A stretch of DNA of 64,000 nt from Schmidtea polychroa. Lineage: Eukaryota. The stretch covers positions 179,230,312 through 179,294,311 of the forward strand of contig CM097886.1 in NCBI GenBank assembly GCA_044892525.1, given 5' to 3'. Position 1 is the stretch's first letter; each line of letters opens with the position of its first letter. Below are positions 1 to 9,600 of this stretch, piece after piece. The notes under the pieces were generated by a model. The model did not search any database. It was not told the DNA's origin and saw only the letters and a list, made by a program, of their open reading frames with translations. The translations under genes were made by a program, and so were the position numbers.

Positions 1-646
1 CTTTAATGACTCTCCGTGAAGGTACTTGTGCAGGGGAAAAATCTTTTCAACCTCATCACCTTCCGCTTCGTCAACACACGCAGTAAAAGCTGCTTTCCAT
101 GGTTCGTACTCTTTCATCTTGCCTTCAAAGACAGGTATTTTAATTTTCTGTAGACTTTCCATTTCTCTTTTATGCACGGAATTATTCTTCTTGATTGTAT
201 CATCATTCACATTTTCCTTCTCTTCCATAAAAGATTGATTTGCTTTTCTTTCCATCAATGCCCCAATTATTTGATGTTTTTCCTCGATCTCTTGCAGGTC
301 TTTATTTAAGATTGCAGTGATGTCCAATCTTTGCAATTTTTTACTGATCGTTCTCATATCCCCTAATTCTTCATCTAGACTCTCCTTTTGATCTTCATAT
401 TCCGCCAATCATTCGCTAACATCTTTCCCATTTATATCATTGAGAATCTTGTTTCTCAATCTCGTTAATTTTCCTTTTTTCATTCTCTTTTTCCACAGTC
501 CTTCTTCTAAAATCTCTTCGTCATTGCCCCCGCACAGCCTGAGTGACAAATGAAGTGTCGAACCTACTTGTATGCTATAATCGTTCAATATTCTTTTATT
601 TTCTAACTGCTTTCCTGCGTAGACTAGCATTTGATAATTTACCGGA
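1..646 (-). pseudogene. Second, degenerate copy of the ubiquitin-Gag region of the Bel/Pao element (continues off the left edge of the window)
   Basis: Reverse complement aligns to 6498-7142 with a few percent substitutions. It reads partial Ub (...[12 protein letters not shown]) in frame into Gag ([12 protein letters not shown]...), then has a TGG>TGA nonsense change at 409-411; the frame stays open downstream to the window edge. Homology stops abruptly at 646, mid-ubiquitin. Confidence 0.93.
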
Positions 647-2067
647 TTTGTAATTTGACTGTAATTTTATTGTAATTTGACCATTTTACGCACACAACCC
701 AAACAAAAATGCACACAGACGCGACAAACTAAAGAAGTTACAAGCAAGATAAATAATATAGTTTTGTAAAAATAATAAAAAATAATAAAAAAATAAATAT
801 AAAAGTCAATAAATGAGCTTGGAATGTTTTATCACCCACTCTAATTACCATATAATTATGGGGGCATGCACCAAATATATACACATTTTATTGAAAACCA
901 TTAAGATATACGTGAAAAGTACATTTCAGTAATTTATNNNNNNNNNNNNNNNNNNNNNNNNNNNNNNNNNNNNNNNNNNNNNNNNNNNNNNNNNNNNNNN
1001 NNNNNNNNNNNNNNNNNNNNNNNNNNNNNNNNNNNNNNNNNNNNNNNNNNNNNNNNNNNNNNNNNNNNNNNNNNNNNNNNNNNNNNNNNNNNNNNNNNNN
1101 NNNNNNNNNNNNNNNNNNNNNNNNNNNNNNNNNNNNNNNNNNNNNNNNNNNNNNNNNNNNNNNNNNNNNNNNNNNNNNNNNNNNNNNNNNNNNNNNNNNN
1201 NNNNNNNNNNNNNNNNNNNNNNNNNNNNNNNNNNNNNNNNNNNNNNNNNNNNNNNNNNNNNNNNNNNNNNNNNNNNTGAAAAAGGCAGTGCAGAAAATTC
1301 GTGAGTATCAAAAAACAACGATATATTTGTGATTTATAATAGGCAAAAAACAAAAAAGAACAAATGACAGAAATAAAAACTTTTATTATAGATTCTTTTC
1401 TTTATTACTCGAAACATTTTATCCCGATCCCATGATGATGCCTTCATTTAAACAAATTATTTTATATTTTGATAATTATTTATATTTAAAATATCTGTAA
1501 TTGTTTATCATTAGAATAAAAAAACGCATTATTTCGTGTTTACGAATGTTATTAATCAAAACAAATCCATTAATATNNNNNNNNNNNNNNNNNNNNNNNN
1601 NNNNNNNNNNNNNNNNNNNNNNNNNNNNNNNNNNNNNNNNNNNNNNNNNNNNNNNNNNNNNNNNNNNNNNNNNNNNNNNNNNNNNNNNNNNNNNNNNNNN
1701 NNNNNNNNNNNNNNNNNNNNNNNNNNNNNNNNNNNNNNNCAGATATAACTATATTTTTAAACAATTAAATGATAATTTAGGCTTTTGCTGCAAATAAAAT
1801 ATTAAAAAAAATTTCGACTATAAGAAATTGGAAATGGCTATTTTTCATTTAATATATTATTCGCAGAAAAGCCTTAAATTATCATTTATTTGTTTTAAAA
1901 AATAATAATAATATTATTATTATTTTTTTATTAAATATATTTGAAATTTTAATATTAATTTATAATTTAATTAAAATATTAAAATTCGAATTTTGTTTAA
2001 ACTTGTAATTATTAAAATGCATATATATGCAGTAAATTTTCTCAAGGATATTATAATAAAAATCACA

Positions 2068-4874
2068 ATGGTAAAGTTTTGTAAAATATTTGAGATTGAG
2101 AATAAATATTTTCTATTGTAGTCATTCGAGTACAGAGGAATTCTATGCGTTTTCGGTGCTTTCCTAATACATTTTTCACTTGGAACGATTTATACATTTG
2201 GTGAGTTGTTTTCATTTTGAGATATTAAAGCTATTTTCATGTGAAACTTTAGGAAATATGAGTCCATATATTGCATCATATTTGAAATTTATTACCAAAT
2301 CATCAAATGTTGCCAATTCGGACATGGTGTGGATCTTTGCTTGTGGTTTAGCTTTACAAGGATTCACAATGACTGTAGGAGGAATCCTCAACAAAAAGAT
2401 TGGACCAAGACTGACAACATTAATTGGCTGTTGGTTGATGAGGTAATATTAACATTGTTTTGATTGAGTTTGCTATATTTTCAATTTAGTTTTGCTGTCA
2501 TGTTGACATTCTTTACAATCAAGGCCAATTTATATGTCACCATTCTCACATACGGAGCTATATTCGGGGTAGGCATTGGCATCGCATATTCAGTTGCCAT
2601 TGCATCAGCAATCAAAGTAATTAATATTAATAATAATTATCCCATTCATTCTTATATTGAATCTTGTTGCGTCTCTAGTGGTATCCGAATAAACGCGGTT
2701 TGGTAATTGGTATAGTTGTTGCAGGATTCGGACTCGGTTCATTGGTTTTCAATCAGATACAAACTGCCTTCATCAATCCGGATAATTTGAAACCAGAAAT
2801 AAAGATTGGAAATGATAAGTAAGAATATGGAGAATATTTTCCCAATTATATTTTCTAATATTATATACAAAATCTATAAAATTGTGCATATTTAGATATT
2901 TTGGCAATGTTGACATGTTAAACCGAGTTCCATTTTGTTTCTTGTTGACAGGCGGCTTATACGCTTTTATCCAACTGATTGGGTGCCTGTTCCTGTTCAC
3001 CCCGGCCGTCAGAGAAATTAGTGTAAAATTTATTTTTAATAAAATATTTATACTGATTTAAGTTTTTATAATTCCACAGGAAATTGATAAGCAACCAAAT
3101 TCGCATGAGGAAATTGAGTCAAANNNNNNNNNNNNNNNNNNNNNNNNNNNNNNNNNNNNNNNNNNNNNNNNNNNNNNNNNNNNNNNNNNNNNNNNNNNNN
3201 NNNNNNNNNNNNNNNNNNNNNNNNNNNNNNNNNNNNNNNNNNNNNNNNNNNNNNNNNNNNNNNNNNNNNNNNNNNNNNNNNNNNNNNNNNNNNNNNNNNN
3301 NNNNNNNNNNNNNNNNNNNNNNNNNNNNNNNNNNNNNNNNNNNNNNNNNNNNNNNNNNNNNNNNNNNNNNNNNNNNNNNNNNNNNATATTGCAATTTTAG
3401 AGAAAATCAACCGATTCCTTCCGAAAGTGAAGTTAAACAATTTTCACCTATCCAAGCTATCAAATCTAGAGATTTCTGGGTATTATGGTGCACCTTCATG
3501 CTTTTAGGGACAATTAATGTCTTTGCTACTTCTTTATACAAGGTATTATTANNNNNNNNNNNNNNNNNNNNNNNNNNNNNNNNNNNNNNNNNNNNNNNNN
3601 NNNNNNNNNNNNNNNNNNNNNNNNNNNNNNNNNNNNNNNNNNNNNNNNNNNNNNNNNNNNNNNNNNNNNNNNNNNNNNNNNNNNNNNNNNNNNNNNNNNN
3701 NNNNNNNNNNNNNNNNNNNNNNNNNNNNNNNNNNNNNNNNNNNNNNNNNNNNNNNNNNNNNNNNNNNNNNNNNNNNNNNNNNNNNNNAAAATCCATAAAA
3801 TGTGCTAATTAAAACAACAATACACAAACAAAATATCAAATAGTATTAATGCATATTTTGCAATGCTTTGTAAATATTTCAATTGTAATGGAATTTTCTT
3901 GCTAATTAATTACTAAAAAAGTTTGAATTATTTTTATATTTTTATTATTAAAATTAATTTTATGTTAATTAAATTGTAAATTTTCTAATTTAGACATTTG
4001 GCCAATTGTTCATTAGCAGCGATTACTTTTTGGCGATTGTTGGGTCGGTATCCTCCATTTTCAATGCGGGCGGGCGGTTATTCTGGGGCCAAATCATGGA
4101 CAGGTTCTCTTACAAGGTAATAAGCTTACTGATATTCTCATACATTCCCTAGTTATATTTTTATTAAATATCATAACTTTTGCTTATAATAAATGTTGTA
4201 ATAATTATTTATGAAGCGCATTTGAGCCCTTGATGAGCATTTATAATATTATCATTAACATTTTCAACCAATTAGATTGCAATGCGATGCGTTTGTGTGA
4301 TTACTGCAATGTTAATGGGAACATTTTATTGTTGCAAATTGGTACCGAACTTGATTGGAGCAGAAGTGATGATCATGATTTGGGTCTGCGGTTTATTGGC
4401 AAATATTGGTGGGATTTTTGCATTGATGCCAGCCGCCACGGCTAAATTGTTCGGAACCAAACACGTTGCTACAGTATTCGGAATGCTATTCACGGCAAAT
4501 GTGAGAACTTTGACAAGAATTGAATATAATTTCTAATATTATCCAGGCGATTGCAAGCTTCATTGGAGCTATCACAACGAGCATTCTGCTGTCGAAAATC
4601 GGGTATTTGGGAATATTTGAAATAGGAGCAGGAATAACCGTAATTGGTAAGGAATATTTTGTTTTAATGAAATGATATTATTTCATTANNNNNNNNNNNN
4701 NNNNNNNNNNNNNNNNNNNNNNNNNNNNNNNNNNNNNNNNNNNNNNNNNNNNNNNNNNNNNNNNNNNNNNNNNNNNNNNNNNNNNNNNNNNNNNNNNNNN
4801 NNNNNNNNNNNNNNNNNNNNNNNNNTATTCCAGGTTTCATTCTGACATTTGTCCATCAAAAGGAAAACCTCTAA
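2068..4874 (+). CDS. MFS transporter, oxalate:formate antiporter (OxlT)/monocarboxylate-carrier-like, 12 exons
   Basis: Hand-spliced GT-AG exons: 2068-2070, 2122-2200, 2253-2442, 2490-2616, 2679-2818, 2896-3022, 3080-(masked), 3401-3542, 3994-4116, 4276-4500, 4547-4646, 4834-4874. Product includes FLIHFSLGTIYTFGNMSPY, GGILNKKIGPRLTT, WYPNKRGLVIGIVVAGFGLGS, GRLFWGQIMDRFSYK and GGIFALMPAATAKLFG, the MFS loop motifs and hydrophobic helices typical of this family. The end of exon 7 is hidden by N. Confidence 0.9.
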
Positions 4875-5088
4875 ACCCGAATCTTGCAATTAGATGAATT
4901 ATTTGCTCTATTATTTTCCTGTTGTTCCGAAATAAATAATTATTTGAAATGTTTCTTTTTATTTCACTTTCACAAATTTTAATAAATTTTAATTACATTT
5001 AATCTTTTTTAAGCACCATTTACATATTTGTTTTAATACGAATTGCTTATAATTATAAGTAATATGTTAAGATCGAAAAACGGGGACT

Positions 5089-5093
5089 ACAGA
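5089..5093 (+). repeat. 5-bp target site duplication ACAGA (second copy at 12840-12844)
   Basis: ACAGA lies immediately before the TG of the 5' LTR and immediately after the CA of the 3' LTR. Confidence 0.95.
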
Positions 5094-6036
5094 TGTTTAA
5101 TTCGATGTTCGGGTCTGTGTGCGCCGTTTACTATCCTTGTGTTGTTGGCTGTGGGCGCACACAGACGCATATAGTTGTGGGTGTGGTTTGGCTTTTTTCT
5201 ATCGCGTCTGTGTGCGCGGTCTGGTTAGACCGAATATTCATGGTGTGCGCACACAGACGCGAGCAATGGAAGCTCGGTGGTTGTCATAGGTTTAATGGTG
5301 AATTTTTTATTTGATATTGTAATTTTAATTCGATTATTGTTTGGTAGAATAAGATTTGGGTTTTTTTTTTATCGACGAAATTTTGTGGAAAGTTTGAATT
5401 TGAATTTGGAAGAATTGGTTTTGGTTAAATGATGGATTATGAAGTAGATGATGAATATGAAGAAAACAATTGTGAATTATCAGATGGTGATAAAATGAAT
5501 GCATTTGTTGGTCCGAATAGCTGTTTAATTTACGAATCATCAAAGGAATTAACGTCAAAGAAGTTTTGTTCCCATGAGATTCAATTAATTCAAAATGAGA
5601 CGATAAATAATGTTGCCTCGAAGAGCGATCCGAAAAGCTCAATTATTGGATTGCTTTTAATTGAAAATCAGCATTTTCAAAATGTTGAAGATGCTTTTCG
5701 ATTACTTATGAATATAGAATGCCCCAGGCGTATCAAGCAATTGCATCATGTACTTACTCAACAATTAGAAGTTCAACGATTCGAGTCAAATGTAGGAGTT
5801 CTACTCATAGAAGATGATTGTGTGTATTTCAATGGAAGAAAAATTGGTCAAAGAATGCCATTCAATATAAAAAGTTTCTCAAGTGAAAACTATCTGTCAT
5901 TCGTGTTAGAGGATAATAATGTAGAAATTGCCGACATCTATTTCTCCATCAGAAACGATGAGACAATAACTGACTATATAATATGTGCTTCTATTGCGGA
6001 AAATAAAATTATCGATCGTTGGTTTCGATTCATTCA
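5094..6036 (+). repeat. 5' LTR (943 bp)
   Basis: Starts TGTTTAATTCG and ends TTCATTCA. By eye it differs from the 3' LTR only by a T10 vs T9 run and GGTTAAATG vs GGTTTCAATG. Confidence 0.96.
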
Positions 6037-6328
6037 TGGTAGCAGAGCGTGGTTCCGGCTAGCCAGCCGGAACAAGGTAATTAATATGTATTGTAAGATG
6101 TCTTTTTTGGTTTTATATATATTATGTAAATATTATGTGTTTAATAATATTTTTGTAATTAATAATATTTTGGTAATTAATATGTACTATAAAAAATCTT
6201 GTTTGTCGTCACGCATATTATGTATATATTATAATACTTTTGTAAAATTAAACATCCTCCCTTCCCTACCGAGCGTGGGAAAGTGCTGCTATGGGCCCCA
6301 GCACTCTTTTAAAGGGGGAACAGGGTAA
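5429..6328 (+). CDS. LTR-encoded ORF of unknown function (202 codons inside the LTR, reading on through PBS and leader; 299 aa total)
   Basis: Uninterrupted frame from ATG 5429 in AT-rich DNA, with an acidic N-terminus and globular-looking composition. The part after about 6077 is low-complexity and probably non-coding or intronic. No family recognised. Confidence 0.6.
   Translation: MMDYEVDDEYEENNCELSDGDKMNAFVGPNSCLIYESSKELTSKKFCSHEIQLIQNETINNVASKSDPKSSIIGLLLIENQHFQNVEDAFRLLMNIECPRRIKQLHHVLTQQLEVQRFESNVGVLLIEDDCVYFNGRKIGQRMPFNIKSFSSENYLSFVLEDNNVEIADIYFSIRNDETITDYIICASIAENKIIDRWFRFIHGSRAWFRLASRNKVINMYCKMSFLVLYILCKYYVFNNIFVINNILVINMYYKKSCLSSRILCIYYNTFVKLNILPSLPSVGKCCYGPQHSFKGGTG
6037..6054 (+). 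promoter_or_regulatory. Primer-binding site for initiator tRNA-Met
   Basis: TGGTAGCAGAGCGTGGTT abuts the LTR-terminal CA and is complementary to the 3' end of a eukaryotic tRNA-iMet (...AACCACGCUCUGCUACCA). Confidence 0.9.
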
Positions 6329-6366
6329 AGAACAGAGCTGTGTCAAGGGTGAGGGCGAGCGGGGTA

Positions 6367-6678
6367 ATGGGTTTTGAGTTGCGATGGGAAAGTCAAATAT
6401 TTGTCAAAACTCTTACTGGTAAGACAATTACTCTGGACGTTAAATGGAAGGACACAATTGAAAAGATAAAAGGAAAAATCCAGGACAAAGAAGGAATTCC
6501 GGAAAATTATCAAATGTTAGTATACGCAGGAAAGCAGTTAGAAAATAAAAGAAGATTGAATGATTATAGGATACAAGTAGGGTCGACACTTCATTTGTCA
6601 CTCAGGCTGTGCGGGGGCAATGACGAAGAGATTTTAGAAGAAGGACTGTGGAAAAAGAGAATGAAAAAGGAAAATTAA
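6367..6678 (+). CDS. Diverged ubiquitin domain (6394-6618) forming the N-terminus of Gag; separated from gag-pol in this copy by a 1-nt shift
   Basis: [16 protein letters not shown]...KIQDKEGIP...AGKQLE...[12 protein letters not shown], 53/76 identical to canonical ubiquitin by manual alignment. First in-frame ATG is 6367. The A5 run after ATG 6661 is A6 in the other copy. Confidence 0.92.
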   Translation: MGFELRWESQIFVKTLTGKTITLDVKWKDTIEKIKGKIQDKEGIPENYQMLVYAGKQLENKRRLNDYRIQVGSTLHLSLRLCGGNDEEILEEGLWKKRMKKEN

Positions 6679-9600
6679 CGAGATTAAGAAACAAGATTCT
6701 CAATGATATAAATGGGAAGGATGTTAGCGAATGGTTGGCTGAATATGAAGATCAAAAGGAGAGTCTAGATGAAGAATTAGGGGATCTGAGAACAATCAGT
6801 AAAAAATTGCAAAGATTGGACATCACTGCAATCTTAGATAAAGACCTGCAAGAGATCGAGGAAAAACATCAAATAATTGGGGCATTGATGGAAAGAAAAG
6901 CCAATCAATCTTTTATGGAAGAGAAGGAAAATGTGAATGATGATACCATCAAGAAGAGTAACTCCGTGCATAAAAGAAAACTGGAAAGTCTACAGAAAAT
7001 TACAATACCGGTCTTTGAAGGCATGATGAAAGAGTACGAACCATGGAAAGCAGCTTTTACGGCGTGTGTTGACGAAGCGGAAGGTGATGAGGTTGAAAAG
7101 ATGTTTCACCTGCACCAGTACCTTCACGGAGAGCCATTAAAGTTAATTGAAAATCTAGGATATTCGGCAGAGGCTTATCAAATGGCAAAAGAGAAGTTGG
7201 ATAGGCGATATGGTGGGGATGAAAGGATATATTTATCAATGTTAGAGGAGATGGAACAGTTCAGGCCAATTCGAGAAGGAGATTTGAAGGATCTAGACTC
7301 ATTTGTTGGATTATTAGAAACGGTCACCTTGCGATTTAAATCCACTGGGAAAGAATCCGAGTTAAAGACTGGATATCTTTTTCAAAAGTGTTTGGGCAAG
7401 TTAACGACGAATCTTGTGTATAATTGGAAAAAAGACAATATAGAAAAGGAATTGCGGGAGACGATAGAGGATTTGAGAAGATGGATACAACAAGAAGCGG
7501 AGATCCTAAGGTCCACTAACGAGGTCGTGTATGGGACTAAACCAAGCACCAGGGCTTATGATGGGTCAAGAGTAGAAGGGGGGGGGGTGTCTAGGGGAAG
7601 AGAAAGATTCAATCCTGGAGGTCGGACGCATTTTACGGGGCAACCAGATGGCAGAGTTAAAAGTGGAACAGTTATACAGGTGAATAACTCTAACGGCTAT
7701 AGGTCAGAGTGTGTACACTGTGGTGGTCAACATTACCTAGACCAATGTGACAAGTTCAAGCAACTCACAATTCCTAAAAGGAAGAAAGTCATCGAAGAAA
7801 AGAAACTGTGCAGGAATTGCTTCAAAAGAAATCACATGGCCAAGGAATGTCGTAAAGAATCTTTCTGCAAGGTTACCGGATGTAAGCAAAGGCACAACGA
7901 ATTATTACATGAAAGACAAATTAGTGAGGAGAGTGAAAAAGGTAACAACACGATGCTGACCCAGAAAGGGATGAACGAGAAAAACCTAAGACCTTACCTT
8001 AGTTTAAGAACAATTCCAATCTACCTGGAAAATGGGAACAAGAAAATAAAAGTCAATGCACTGTTAGATGATGCAAGCTCAGTAAGCTACATCAATCTAA
8101 GAATTTTAAAGGAGCTTGGGTTAAAAGGGGTGGAAAAGAGGACACCGATAGGGGTTATCGGAGGTAATGTCCAACAAATGATGGCTACTCCAGTGACCAT
8201 GAAGTTAATTAGTAATGACGGCCGATTGACGAAAAACTTCAACGCACTGGCCGTAACAAATATCACGGGAGAAATGAAGGTAGTAAATTGGGCCAGAGAA
8301 AAACATAAGTGGACTCACCTGAAGGGCATCCATTTTCCGATGCTAGACGAGAGACAGGCAGTTGAAGTGTTAATTGGCGCGGATTATTTAACGCTTCAAC
8401 GAGCACTCAAAGAAATCGATGGTAAGTTGGATGAACCGATTGCCCGTTTAACGCCACTTGGCTGGACATGTGTGGGAAGAACCTCGGTGGGAAGAACTTG
8501 GAACCATCAAAGCAATTTCATACGAACGTTCTTCGGTAATGGCGAGGATTTGCAACGACAGATGGAGCGATTTTGGGAAATTGATGATAGCGGCTTAAAG
8601 GAAAATATATTTGCAGCGAAAGACCAAGCGATTTATGAGAAAACCAAATCTGAAATGAAGAAAGTAGACGGACATTTCGAGGTAAAAGTGCCATGGAAAG
8701 AGTCACCAACAGCTTTGCCCAATAGTGAAAAAATGGCAGAAAGTCGACTGCGAAGTTTGGACAAGAGGCTTGAAAAGGAAGACTTACGAACTGAGTATCA
8801 GGATATTTTGAATGGTTACCTGAAAAAAGATTATATAAGTATTGTAAAAGAGAAAATGATGCCTGGAGATTCGGAATGGATATTACCACACTTTCCCGTG
8901 GTTAGAAGAGATAAGGACACCACGAAAGTGCGTATTGTGTTTGATGCGGCAGCCAGGTGTAATGGGGTGGGACTTAATGATATGGTGGAAGTTGGCCCAA
9001 AATTACAAAATGAAGTTTTTGATATTTTAATTCGTTTTCGTCGATTTTCCGTAGCTGTTGTTTGTGATATAGCAGAAATGTATCTGCAAATAAGAATGGC
9101 TCTTGAAGACAGGAAATATCATCGGTTTTTATGGTCAACTGGGGGGAAAATTATTAAGTATGAGTTTAATCGGTTAGTGTTTGGTCTTAATGCATCTCCA
9201 TTCCTTGCCCAGCTAGTCGCGCAAGAGAATGCAAAGAAATTTGAAAAGGACTACCCAAAAGTGACAGAATCTATTTGCAAGTCTACGTATATGGACGACA
9301 CCATGGACTCTGTTGATTCTGAAGAAGAAGGAATGAGGCTGAAAGAGGGGCTAGAAACAGTTTGGGGCAATGCCGGAATGCGGCCTAGAAAATGGCTGTC
9401 CAACTCGGAAAGAATTATGGCGACAATCCCAATTGAAGAACGAGCTAAAACACTGAATATTGAAAAGGAAACGACAATGGCCGTCAAGACCCTAGGTTTG
9501 AAATGGTACTCGGAAGACGATGAATTTAGTTTTCAAGTAGATCTGCCGAATGAAGAATGTTTATCGAAAAGAAAGGTATTGAGCATGGTGGCAAGAATCT

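Noticed and set aside
926-4889. ORFs made largely of X and N runs treated as assembly gaps or hidden genes
   Set aside because: Artefacts of N translation. The MFS gene splices around most of them; the content cannot be read.
5093-5314. 73-aa ORF at the LTR start (also 11896)
   Set aside because: Its ATG straddles the LTR boundary and it overlies the GT-rich hairpin region; no coding features.
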